DNA of 64,000 bases from Ignavibacteriales bacterium (GTDB taxonomy: Bacteria > Bacteroidota > Ignavibacteria > UBA10030 > UBA6906): NCBI GenBank assembly GCA_037441705.1, contig JBBIRR010000001.1, forward strand, positions 141,919 through 205,918, written 5' to 3'. Under the pieces are notes generated by a model. It saw only the letters and a program-made list of their open reading frames with translations. It ran no database searches and was not told where the DNA came from. This document shows, piece after piece, positions 28,268 to 37,515 of the stretch; position 1 is the stretch's first letter, and the number at the start of each line of letters is the position of its first letter. A program made the position numbers and the translations under genes.

Positions 28268-30201
28268 ATTGCCTTCCAATCGCTGGGGGTTGTACCAAGC
28301 GCACGCAACAGCGCAGATTCGAAGTAGGCGAAGGAGTGGACTTCCGCAATGTAGCGCTGGGCTTGTCTTCCGACGCCTTCTTTGTCGAACCTGCCCGTCA
28401 CAACCTGTTCGATTGCTCCGGAGAAGAGGTCAAGCGTTTCGGCATCGCTGCCATCGCCGGACCTCTCGCCTACGAAAATCCCGAATCTCTTTGTCAGGTC
28501 ATCTGGATTGAGCGCGGCGATGCAGGGTTTCGCAAACGCAAATCCCTCCAGCATCGCCACGGGCACCCCTTCGTGGATGCTGGTGTTGATGGTTGCCCAC
28601 GCCGTCTTCAACAGCTTTTCCTTTTCTGCACCATCCACTCTTCCCAGAACTTTCAGATTAGGAATATCCCGATAGCGGGCGAGAATGGGGTTCATGATAT
28701 GAGGATGGTGTGTTGTACCAGCGAGAAAGAAATCGCAGTGCGGGAACCGCCGTGCCAGTTCACAAAACACCCACGGACGCTTGATCGGGTCGAGGCGAGC
28801 AAGAAAAAGGAAACTGGGACGTTCGGAAGACGACGGCGCCCCGGGGGCAACAGGAATCGGCTTGGGCCAATGAAACGCCTCTATGTGATCGAGGCCATAG
28901 AGCCGCCGCGCGATTTCGGCGAGATGGTTCGCCTCTGCGGCAAACAGCACCTTGCGACCGTAGGCGCGGCTGAGGTCCAGCATCCGTCGCAAGGATTCGC
29001 CTCGGCGCTCTCCCTGTTCAATCAACTCGTCTACGGTGGTCGCACCCCATACCTCGATTTCCAGCGCAATCGTCCCAAGCTTGGCCCATACCTCCCGGTC
29101 TTTTGGGTCTTTGATCCAAATAATCCATGGGATGTAAGGAAAATGTTGCAGGTAGAATTCGTAGGATGGATAGTGATCAACACCGACCCAGAGGTTCGTT
29201 CCGCGCCGAACAACGAGCTGTGTACATTGGAGGTGCGCTTTCACGCCCGGCCACCGCGGGAGAAATACAAGCTCGGCATTGTGATATTTCTTCATCGTAA
29301 CCCGGGCAACATCTTTGCGTTCGCAAATGAAAACATCGCCCCGCAGCGGTCCAACATGCGTGTTCATGTGGTCTGTCACGTACTTCAAGGTCATGCCGTA
29401 TCCCCCGAAGGGCATCAAGTCCGGATGACTGAACTCGTCGCTCAAGAACCCGATATGCCACGATCGCCGCTGTCGCCCGATCTGTCGCGCCCTAAAGAGG
29501 AAGCGGCCGGCTTGAACAATCAACAACCCGATCAGTTTCTTCACGTTTTCCTTCATTCCCTCCGATGGTGTTCTCTGAGGAGGGACAACGCCGCGGTGGA
29601 GAAGTTCCTGCCAGGTCACTTTCGCGTTGCCGAGAACCTTCGCCCTCACCGACCGCCTTCCGAGGACGTAGTGCACGGCGAATCGGTGATGTCCATGTTT
29701 GATGACATAGTAGTCGCTGCCGGCAATCTTCGCCACACTCAAGAATTCCTCCGGCACGGACGGATCATTCGAGGCATGTCGGGCAGGCGTTCCGTTCTTT
29801 ATCGCGCGGTAAAGATCGAGAAAGACTTGCGCGCGCTCGATTACGCGTTCCGGCTGTGTAATGCCGAAGAACGAGCCGAAGACCGCAATATCCTCGCAGC
29901 CGTGCTTGTAGTAGTCCGTTTTGGTGAAGCGTTCGAGATCGATCGTTGCTGCGCTCCTGAATTCCCGGAGGAACTTCACATGGGGAGAGTGATCGAGCAG
30001 GCAGTGCTTGCGTTCAGTGAATCCGCCCGTCAACAGTTTGTCAAGAGGGATGCGGCGCGCTGTCAGCCGAAAAACGAATCGGTGCCACATACGTATCCAC
30101 CGCTGAAACGTTTTTGCGTGACCGAGGCGATAGGCAGTTCGCTGCAGCGCCCATATCGGATCAGCCGCTGCTCGCTGCACATATGTGGCAAGTGGTTTCA
30201 T
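28264..30201 (-). CDS. Two-domain protein: uncharacterised ~330-aa N-terminal domain + GT4-like glycosyltransferase C-terminal domain
   Basis: C-terminal segment ...LKTAWATINTSIHEGVPVAMLEGFAFAKPCIAALNPDD resembles the GT-B EX7E region. I cannot assign the N-terminal half. Confidence 0.55.
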   Translation of the reverse strand: MKPLATYVQRAAADPIWALQRTAYRLGHAKTFQRWIRMWHRFVFRLTARRIPLDKLLTGGFTERKHCLLDHSPHVKFLREFRSAATIDLERFTKTDYYKHGCEDIAVFGSFFGITQPERVIERAQVFLDLYRAIKNGTPARHASNDPSVPEEFLSVAKIAGSDYYVIKHGHHRFAVHYVLGRRSVRAKVLGNAKVTWQELLHRGVVPPQRTPSEGMKENVKKLIGLLIVQAGRFLFRARQIGRQRRSWHIGFLSDEFSHPDLMPFGGYGMTLKYVTDHMNTHVGPLRGDVFICERKDVARVTMKKYHNAELVFLPRWPGVKAHLQCTQLVVRRGTNLWVGVDHYPSYEFYLQHFPYIPWIIWIKDPKDREVWAKLGTIALEIEVWGATTVDELIEQGERRGESLRRMLDLSRAYGRKVLFAAEANHLAEIARRLYGLDHIEAFHWPKPIPVAPGAPSSSERPSFLFLARLDPIKRPWVFCELARRFPHCDFFLAGTTHHPHIMNPILARYRDIPNLKVLGRVDGAEKEKLLKTAWATINTSIHEGVPVAMLEGFAFAKPCIAALNPDDLTKRFGIFVGERSGDGSDAETLDLFSGAIEQVVTGRFDKEGVGRQAQRYIAEVHSFAYFESALLRALGTTPSDWKAI

Positions 30202-30227
30202 GGACGTGTACTTGAAAGCAAGATGGG

Positions 30228-31385
30228 TTAGTTACGTAACACCGAACTGTAGTGTGCTTCCAGCACGTTCAGCTCCTTGTCAATGTCATGGTATGTTTCG
30301 ATAAACGCACGCCCAACTCGTCCCATCTGTGCCCACATCTCCTGGTGGTCGATCAACTGCACGACGTTGGCGGCCATTGCTTCACAATCCCGTTCCGGCG
30401 AGAGGAGAGCACTCTGGCCAGGCACGACAACGTTCGGAATGTCTGCGTGAAGAGTACTGACAACGGGGATTTCCATTGCCTGGGCTTCGAGGATTGTTGT
30501 GGGCGCGCCGCCTTCACTGTTTCCGTCATCAGCGGTAATACTGTGGTGCAGATAGATGTCGGCCTTGCTCATCTCTTCAAGATAGGCATGGTGATTCAAC
30601 GGCCCGAGAAGTCGAACGCAGTCGTGCATGCGATGATCACGGATGAAATTTTCGATTGCCGGTTTCATTACGCCATCACCGACAATGCGGAACTCAAACG
30701 TTTTTCCCTGCTGCCGCACGAGGTCGAGCGCCTTCAGCGCGTATAGGACGCCCTTCTTCTCCACCAGCCGACCGCAAAAGAAAAAAACGGGCGGTTCATT
30801 GTGCTTTTTCGGCATGCGTGCACGAAAGGGGGTTTTGGAAAGCGGTATGCCAATTCTCTGAATACCGACCTTCTCCGCTGAGGCTCCCATGGCAACGAGA
30901 CGTGACTTCATAAACTCTCCCTCTACAAGAAAGCGCGCCCCTTCCTGAAAGAGCCGCTTGTACTTCTCGCGCCATTCTTCTTGCTCAGCATAGCGTGAGA
31001 CGTCGTACCCGTAGAAGCTGGTGATAATCGGGATCCTCTGTTTGCCCCTCAGCTCCAACGCTTGCCAGCCCCGTGGTCCAAAATGAGCATGAATGAGCCG
31101 TACCTCGCGGCGTTTGAGGATTTCTTCACTCAAGGACAATGACCGACCGCTGAGACGGCGACCGATACCGCGCCGAAACCAACGCCAGGAGTATTTTTGA
31201 GGGGCGCGCAAGGGGAGTGTATAGGCGTCACGTTCCGGAATCCGATAGTGCGTCAAAGGACGGAACTCTTCCGCAAAGTACACGTTCCGGAATCGCCTCA
31301 ATCGCAAAAGGAATTCATAGATGAAAGGCTGAATCTCTAGAAAAAAGCAATCGTTCATCTGAGCAACGACGGGCCTGGTGTTCAT
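30228..31385 (-). CDS. GT4-family glycosyltransferase
   Basis: ADIYLHHSITADDGNSEGGAPTTILEAQAMEIPVVSTLHADIPNVV. Confidence 0.7.
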   Translation of the reverse strand: MNTRPVVAQMNDCFFLEIQPFIYEFLLRLRRFRNVYFAEEFRPLTHYRIPERDAYTLPLRAPQKYSWRWFRRGIGRRLSGRSLSLSEEILKRREVRLIHAHFGPRGWQALELRGKQRIPIITSFYGYDVSRYAEQEEWREKYKRLFQEGARFLVEGEFMKSRLVAMGASAEKVGIQRIGIPLSKTPFRARMPKKHNEPPVFFFCGRLVEKKGVLYALKALDLVRQQGKTFEFRIVGDGVMKPAIENFIRDHRMHDCVRLLGPLNHHAYLEEMSKADIYLHHSITADDGNSEGGAPTTILEAQAMEIPVVSTLHADIPNVVVPGQSALLSPERDCEAMAANVVQLIDHQEMWAQMGRVGRAFIETYHDIDKELNVLEAHYSSVLRN

Positions 31386-31391
31386 TCTGCA

Positions 31392-32582
31392 TCACCCATC
31401 TCGTTGAAGGATTGACCGCACCGCACGGATAACATCATCTACGTCTTGATCCGAGAGCTTTGGGGAGAGCGGCAAGGAGACGGTCCGATCCGAAATCCAC
31501 TCCGCATTCGGAAAATCGCCTCGCCGGTAGCCGAAGGTTTTCCGATAAAAGGGATGCAGGTGGAGAGCAATGTAATGCACGCCGACGCCGATCCGTGCCT
31601 CCGTCATCTTCTGAAGAAAGACGCCACGTCGCATTTTGCATCGTTGGATATCCAACAACAGGGTGTAGAGATGGAACGCATGACGTGTGTTCGGCTCAGG
31701 ATCCCGCGGAAGAATCACAGGTAAGTCGGCAAACGCTTCGTTGTAGCGCAGCCAGATCTGTTGCCGCCTCTGCCAGTACCGATTGACACGCGGCAACTGA
31801 TGGATGCCGATGGCCGCCTGGATATCCATCATGTTGTATTTGAATCCGGCATGAACCACCTTGTAGTGCTTGTAGCCTGCATCGCTGAAACGACGCCAGG
31901 CATCTTTGCTCATGCCGTGCAGCGCCAGCACCTTGATGCGCTCCGCATAAGCCTTTCGGCGGGTAATGACCATCCCTCCTTCGCCAGTTACGATGTTCTT
32001 CGTGACGTAAAAACTGAAGCAGCCTAAGTCGCCAAATGTCCCGGCGTGCTTGCCGTGATATTCTGTCTCGATTGCATGTGCGCAATCCTCAATCACTTTC
32101 AATCGGTGTTTGCGCGCCAGAGCCATAATGTCATCCATGTCGCAGGGCCGTCCTGCGAAGTGCACGGGGATGACGGCCCGTGACCGTGAAGTTATCTTGC
32201 GCGCAAGATCATCAGGCGAGATGTTCTGCGTGTCCCGTTCACAGTCCACGAAGACGGGTCGGCCGCCTGCATGGATCACCGCATTGGCGGTTGCGGCAAA
32301 CGTCATTGCCGGCACAAGCACCTCATCGCCTGGCCGCACTCCGATGGCAAGAAGCGAGAGATGCAGGGCAGCCGTGCACGAGTTGAGCGCAAGGCCGTAT
32401 GGACTTCCCTTGTATTGCGCAAACATTTCCTCAAACTGCTTGACCTTGGGTCCGGTTCCGAGCCATCCCGACTGCAATGAGCGCGTAACTTCTGCAATTT
32501 CCTCAGCCTCTATGAGCGGATTCCCAAATATCAGGAACGTGCTTCTTTTTGTTGGCGGCGTTGGTTGTGCTCGACCTGACAT
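31392..32582 (-). CDS. DegT/DnrJ/EryC1/StrS-family PLP-dependent sugar aminotransferase
   Basis: FLIFGNPLIEAEEIAEVTRSLQSGWLGTGPKV...DCAHAIETEYHGKHAGTFGDLGCFSFYVTKNIVTGEGG (Schiff-base Lys region). ATG 32582 has AGGAG 5 nt upstream. Confidence 0.8.
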   Translation of the reverse strand: MSGRAQPTPPTKRSTFLIFGNPLIEAEEIAEVTRSLQSGWLGTGPKVKQFEEMFAQYKGSPYGLALNSCTAALHLSLLAIGVRPGDEVLVPAMTFAATANAVIHAGGRPVFVDCERDTQNISPDDLARKITSRSRAVIPVHFAGRPCDMDDIMALARKHRLKVIEDCAHAIETEYHGKHAGTFGDLGCFSFYVTKNIVTGEGGMVITRRKAYAERIKVLALHGMSKDAWRRFSDAGYKHYKVVHAGFKYNMMDIQAAIGIHQLPRVNRYWQRRQQIWLRYNEAFADLPVILPRDPEPNTRHAFHLYTLLLDIQRCKMRRGVFLQKMTEARIGVGVHYIALHLHPFYRKTFGYRRGDFPNAEWISDRTVSLPLSPKLSDQDVDDVIRAVRSILQRDG

Positions 32583-32595
32583 GGAAACTCCTGAA

Positions 32596-33897
32596 TCAAT
32601 GAACCTCAACGGTTTCGGGCACACTCCACTGATAGTCAAAATGGAGATACCCTTTAGCCCACGTATAATGGCCTGCACTTCTTTGGTTGCCGGAGGTAGG
32701 ACGAATGCTGAAGAAGGCAGCCTCCGGGAGATGGTCCTGCCGCGCTCCATCTCCGAAGAGACGCAGCATGAGGACATACTCGCCTGAACGCAAGTAGTTC
32801 GGATCGAATCGAAGCTGAATGCTGTAGCGACCGGGATCGAACCGATGAGAAAACTCCGGCGAGGCGACGGTAAAGAGTTTGATCTCCTCTTTCAGTGTCT
32901 TGATCGTGCAGCCCAGCTGCAGATGCTCCAGCGGTTCGTCCACACGAAAGCCGAGTTCGACAACGAACGGCTCCTGTTCATAGACTGAAGGCGTTTCTTC
33001 TCCCTTACTATTGACAAGGCGAACCCATTCGTACCGTGCCTTGGTGCCGACAATACTCTCATCGCGTTCAAGGTCAATCAGAGAGGCTCTGCTCTTTCGC
33101 TCGACCTGTGCCTCTATGTGCTGGACATACTGCCGCACCACCTCATTCGTAGGACCAGAGGCAACAATCTGCCCCGCTTCGAGCATGAAGCTACGCTGGG
33201 TTAGGTTGAGAATGGAGGACATGTTATGACTGACGAACAACAGTGTGCGTCCTTCACTGGCAACGCTCTCCATTTTTCCGAGGCATTTCCGTTGAAAAGC
33301 AAGATCGCCAACGGCCAGCACTTCATCCACAATGAGAATCTCCGGCTCGAGGTGTGCTGCCACGGCGAACGCCAGCCGCACATACATGCCGGACGAGTAC
33401 CGCTTCACGGGCGTGTCGAGGAATTTCTCTACCTCCGCGAACGCAACAATCTCATCGAACTTCTTCTTGATCTCGGCCTTGCTCATTCCTAATACAGCAC
33501 CATTCATGAAGATGTTCTCGCGTCCGGTCAATTCAGGATGAAAGCCCGTTCCAACTTCCAGCAGACTGGCGACGCGTCCTTTGATGCGGATGCGTCCCGT
33601 GGTCGGCTCGGTGACGCGGCTGAAAATTTTCAGCAGCGTGGATTTGCCGGCACCGTTCCTGCCGATGACGCCGATCCGCTCGCCCTGCCGGATTTCCAGC
33701 GATATGTTCTTCAAAGCCCAGAATTCTTCCCGCGTGGAATACATCCCGCCTGCGTGCTGCGGCGAACGAACTTTGCGCAACAGCGTCTGCGCTGCAGCCG
33801 AGAGGGCATCCTTGAGTGTCGGATTCCGGTTCTGCTGACGGTGGACAAGGATATATTTTTTTCCCACGTTCTCGACGCAGATAACGGGTTCAGCCAT
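32596..33897 (-). CDS. wzt: ABC transporter ATP-binding protein, Wzt/TagH-type polysaccharide exporter with extra C-terminal domain
   Basis: Walker A GRNGAGKST, signature YSSGMYVRLAFA and Walker B ILIVDE. About 190 extra C-terminal residues, as in Wzt carbohydrate-binding domains. Confidence 0.8.
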   Translation of the reverse strand: MAEPVICVENVGKKYILVHRQQNRNPTLKDALSAAAQTLLRKVRSPQHAGGMYSTREEFWALKNISLEIRQGERIGVIGRNGAGKSTLLKIFSRVTEPTTGRIRIKGRVASLLEVGTGFHPELTGRENIFMNGAVLGMSKAEIKKKFDEIVAFAEVEKFLDTPVKRYSSGMYVRLAFAVAAHLEPEILIVDEVLAVGDLAFQRKCLGKMESVASEGRTLLFVSHNMSSILNLTQRSFMLEAGQIVASGPTNEVVRQYVQHIEAQVERKSRASLIDLERDESIVGTKARYEWVRLVNSKGEETPSVYEQEPFVVELGFRVDEPLEHLQLGCTIKTLKEEIKLFTVASPEFSHRFDPGRYSIQLRFDPNYLRSGEYVLMLRLFGDGARQDHLPEAAFFSIRPTSGNQRSAGHYTWAKGYLHFDYQWSVPETVEVH

Positions 33898-33953
33898 GGC
33901 GCAAGCACAGCAAACAACGACAGGGTCTGGAAAGAGTTCGAATCATGATTCGC

Positions 33954-35435
33954 TCAAGGACTTGGCAGCGGGAGACGTCCGGAAACTGCCACAAGAGCAT
34001 ACAAAAAGCAGATGATAATGCCTGTTGGCAACATCACCCAGGCCCAATGGTGCCGGTGTTTGAAGCCCACGATTCCCTTCATGCTCAGAGGCAAAAGCAA
34101 TGGAATCACATCAATAGCATAGAGCATTCGTGCGGCAACCGCCATGTGGATGAGCGTAAAAGTCCCAACAGCCACAACAATCGGCCACGCGCGCGTCGGT
34201 AGGGCACGCGCACCACCGAGAAGGGCAAAGGCAAGAAACAGCCCGTGCTCCAGCATTAGAAAATAGTCGGAGAAGCTGGCTGCTTGACCGTAGGCCTCAG
34301 GAACTTTCCAGTTGAACCACAGCGGCAGGGCACGGTAGAAGGAAAGGAGAACGTACTCTCCGGGATGCGAGAGGATAATGCGCGCAGATTCCTTCTGCAA
34401 CAGGCGGTCGAATTCTGCTTCGTTTTCGCGCCCCGTGAGTTCTGGATGTTTTGACACAAAGGCCAACAGCGCACGCTCGGTCCCCGGGCCCGCCACAAAC
34501 GGTACGAACTTGCCCTCTTCCAAGAAATGGTTCTGACGATAGAGATTATACCCAAACAACGTTGTCCCAATAACCGGACGGCCGAACGCGAGATAGTTCC
34601 TCGCAATCCAAGGCAGTTGGACGGCAGAGAAGACAAGCAGGAATAAACCAACGGCACGGGCGTTCATCGCTGCACGTTGGTTGTTCAACGCCGGTTTCTT
34701 CCATGCAATCACAGCCAACCCCGTCAGCCCCAGAGCCACAGCCATGAATGCAGAGCGAGACAACACCGCCAGGCCCAGCATCAGGCCCGAGGCTGCCCAC
34801 CAGCCGGTGCCGCCATCAGACCAAGCACGCGCGAAGAAGGCAAGCGACCATACGGCACACGCAGCAGCGATAAGGTCAACCTCCTTGGCGGAGACTTCTC
34901 GAATTGCCGGAAGGTACACAACCCAGAACAACGCGGAGATCATCGCAAGCCGGTTGTCCTCAAGCCTCCGTGCAAGAGCGACGATGCCAAAGAGGGTTAT
35001 GATCCGGATAGCGATGTGGAACGCGCCGAGCGCAAAGTACGAACCGCCTGCAAGCAGACCGATCCCGGCAAAGAGCAAGACGGGCACAGGCTCTCGTGCC
35101 GCGCTCACCTTATTGCTCGGACTGCTGAACGGGAAATACGATGGCGCAATGAAACTGTATCCTTCGCCCTTCCGCAGTGACTCGGCAATATCCCACGACA
35201 TTCCGGTAAACGATATTGCTGAATGCCGTGAATGCCAAACATGATAACCATCGATCGCCACAATCATCAACGCCAGGGCGAGGAGGATGGTTATGGAAGA
35301 GCGATCGCCCCGAAGCAGGAATTGCTCCTTCACCATCCTCACAACACCTTCTATCCGTTTTCCAAGGTTCTGACTCATAAGAGAAAGAAGTTGAGCTTTT
35401 TGTGTGTCAGACGTGTGACGCCCACGAGTTGCCAT
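33954..35435 (-). CDS. GT-C-fold polytopic membrane glycosyltransferase (ArnT/PMT-like)
   Basis: More than 10 predicted TM helices with a periplasmic-loop-rich architecture. Sits between wzt and wzm. Family call comes from topology and resemblance only; the start could be 35336. Confidence 0.45.
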   Translation of the reverse strand: MATRGRHTSDTQKAQLLSLMSQNLGKRIEGVVRMVKEQFLLRGDRSSITILLALALMIVAIDGYHVWHSRHSAISFTGMSWDIAESLRKGEGYSFIAPSYFPFSSPSNKVSAAREPVPVLLFAGIGLLAGGSYFALGAFHIAIRIITLFGIVALARRLEDNRLAMISALFWVVYLPAIREVSAKEVDLIAAACAVWSLAFFARAWSDGGTGWWAASGLMLGLAVLSRSAFMAVALGLTGLAVIAWKKPALNNQRAAMNARAVGLFLLVFSAVQLPWIARNYLAFGRPVIGTTLFGYNLYRQNHFLEEGKFVPFVAGPGTERALLAFVSKHPELTGRENEAEFDRLLQKESARIILSHPGEYVLLSFYRALPLWFNWKVPEAYGQAASFSDYFLMLEHGLFLAFALLGGARALPTRAWPIVVAVGTFTLIHMAVAARMLYAIDVIPLLLPLSMKGIVGFKHRHHWAWVMLPTGIIICFLYALVAVSGRLPLPSP

Positions 35436-35447
35436 CGCCGTCGTCGT

Positions 35448-36272
35448 TCAGATGACATCGGCAAATGTTCGCTCCGTTCGGCGGAAGTACCACATGCCCG
35501 AAAGCATCAACAGAGCGACAATCGAAATCGAAAGCACGAGCCCCGGCAGAAACAACTGCTGCGCTCCACCCAGGAGCGACCAGCGGATGCCGTCAATCCC
35601 CGCTGCCATTGGATTGACGTAGTACAGCAATCGCCATTGTTCCGGGATGACGCTGCTGGTGAACCCCACAGGCGAGACGTACACGCCAAGCTGAATGACA
35701 AATGGAATGATGTGCTGAAAATCCCGATACTTCACATTCAGCGCAGCGAACCACAGGCCCAGGCCGAGCGACGCGCCGAGTGTGAAAAGCAGAAACAGCG
35801 GAAACAGCACCACGCGGCCATCGGGAACGACGCCGTACCATCCCATCAGTCCCGCCAGCATCAGTGCGGAAATGCCGAAGTCAACCAGACTTGTGATGAT
35901 GGCACTGAGCGGTATGATGAGACGCGGGAAATACACTTTCGAGATCATTCCTGCGTTCTTGGTCATGCTGTAGCTGCATTCGGACAGCCCGTTGGCAAAA
36001 AGTTGCCATGGAAGAATGCCGGCGAAAACCAGGAGAGGATACGGGACTCCTTCGGAAGGAAGCCCGGCGATTCTGCCGAAGATGATCGTAAAGATGACCA
36101 TTGTGAGCGCCGGACGCACAAACGCCCATGCAACGCCGATCACCGTCTGCTTGTAGCGGACGAGAATGTCGCGCCAGGCGAGAAAGAGGAACAGTTCGCG
36201 GTAGCGCCAGATATCGCGCCAGTACTGTGCTTCCGTCCTTCCTGCTTCGATGATGACTTCGGGTGTCTCCAC
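35448..36272 (-). CDS. wzm: ABC-2-type polysaccharide exporter permease (Wzm/KpsM/TagG)
   Basis: Six TM helices. N-terminal WRYRELFLFLAWRDILVRYKQTVIGVAWAF is the characteristic ABC-2 signature region. Confidence 0.8.
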   Translation of the reverse strand: METPEVIIEAGRTEAQYWRDIWRYRELFLFLAWRDILVRYKQTVIGVAWAFVRPALTMVIFTIIFGRIAGLPSEGVPYPLLVFAGILPWQLFANGLSECSYSMTKNAGMISKVYFPRLIIPLSAIITSLVDFGISALMLAGLMGWYGVVPDGRVVLFPLFLLFTLGASLGLGLWFAALNVKYRDFQHIIPFVIQLGVYVSPVGFTSSVIPEQWRLLYYVNPMAAGIDGIRWSLLGGAQQLFLPGLVLSISIVALLMLSGMWYFRRTERTFADVI

Positions 36273-36309
36273 GGCGCCTGAAAAGTTTTGATAAGGTTCT
36301 GATTCTGAT

Positions 36310-37416
36310 TCACAGGGATCCGCTTCGAAGACGCGCCATCCGACCGTGATGAATTCTGTCGTACAACCGGCGCGGGCGTGCGTTTTCTCCTGTCGGAGGT
36401 TCCTGCTGAGCTGTGTGCGGCTGCGCGGCAGGTTCGGAATTCCCTTCTTTCTTTGTCAGAGCACCACGCAACGAACGCCACCCGCGGTCGTCCTGCAACA
36501 ATCGTGATGTCACCGGATGGGTAATGAACCGAATCAGTGCCTTCAGCAGCGTGAGATGGAACTCGGAGGACACAATCCGCAACAGGTCGGCGGCAAAGCT
36601 CCTCCACAGATACACAAGCGTCACTCCGTACTGACTCTGCCGGTTACTCTTGCCCGTAAGATATAAATAGAAGTAACTCTTGGAATATCGTGTGATAGAT
36701 GCCGGCACCCGGGGATTGCGATGACGAAGTTCCGTCGTAAAAGCCGCAAAGGCCCGCTCCATCCGCCGGTGGTTTGCCGAGAGGCTGGTCAACACTTCGC
36801 GGTAGCCGACGAGAATCTTCGGCACAAGCCGATACTGAAAGCGTTCGGCAATCCGAAGGTACATATCCCACTCCTCGCACGGTGTCGTGGCGCCGTTGTA
36901 CAGGCCCACAGCATCGAAGCAAGACCGACGGATCAACGCGCAGCTTCCGTTGCCGAGAAAGTTGGAGAACATGAGGTCGGCGACCACATTACCCTCATAT
37001 CTGTGCGTGATGGGAACAATGGGCCGATCATCTTCATCAATAATCATGGACCAGCAATAGATGAGGCCCACGCTGTCCTCGCAGTCCTGCATTACCCTCA
37101 CCTGCTCGCTCAGTTTTTCCGGATACCACACGTCGTCCGAATCGAGCGGGGCAATAAGGTCGCCCTTCGATTGCTGAATGCCGAGGTTGCGTGCCGTGGC
37201 GACGCCGCCGTTGTCTTTCCGCAGCAGAACGACGCGCCCATCCTGCTGGCAGAATGACTCAACGATCTGCGGCGTCTCATCGGTCGAGCCGTCATCCACC
37301 ACGATGATTTCCATGTTGGGATACGTCTGCCCCACCGCCGAACGCAGCGTGCGCTCGATGAAGCGTGCCGCGTTGTACGAAGGAATGACAACAGAAACCA
37401 AGGGATGTGTGGGCAC
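36310..37416 (-). CDS. GT2-family glycosyltransferase
   Basis: VSVVIPSYNAARFIERTLRSAVGQTY...IIVVDDGSTDETP...LDSDDVW. Confidence 0.8.
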   Translation of the reverse strand: MPTHPLVSVVIPSYNAARFIERTLRSAVGQTYPNMEIIVVDDGSTDETPQIVESFCQQDGRVVLLRKDNGGVATARNLGIQQSKGDLIAPLDSDDVWYPEKLSEQVRVMQDCEDSVGLIYCWSMIIDEDDRPIVPITHRYEGNVVADLMFSNFLGNGSCALIRRSCFDAVGLYNGATTPCEEWDMYLRIAERFQYRLVPKILVGYREVLTSLSANHRRMERAFAAFTTELRHRNPRVPASITRYSKSYFYLYLTGKSNRQSQYGVTLVYLWRSFAADLLRIVSSEFHLTLLKALIRFITHPVTSRLLQDDRGWRSLRGALTKKEGNSEPAAQPHTAQQEPPTGENARPRRLYDRIHHGRMARLRSGSL

Positions 37417-37515
37417 GGGTCTTCAGGGATCAAAGAGTTTGGTTCTACCGAAGCAACGTGAGAGAATTCCGGCTGCCATCGCATGTTGCCGTCACAGGCG
37501 AGGGCACCGCCATCC

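Noticed and set aside
28249-30231. 660-aa plus-strand ORF
   Set aside because: Antisense to the GT4-fusion gene, which has a recognisable EX7E region and sits in the ATGA-coupled operon. The plus-strand translation has no recognisable domain.
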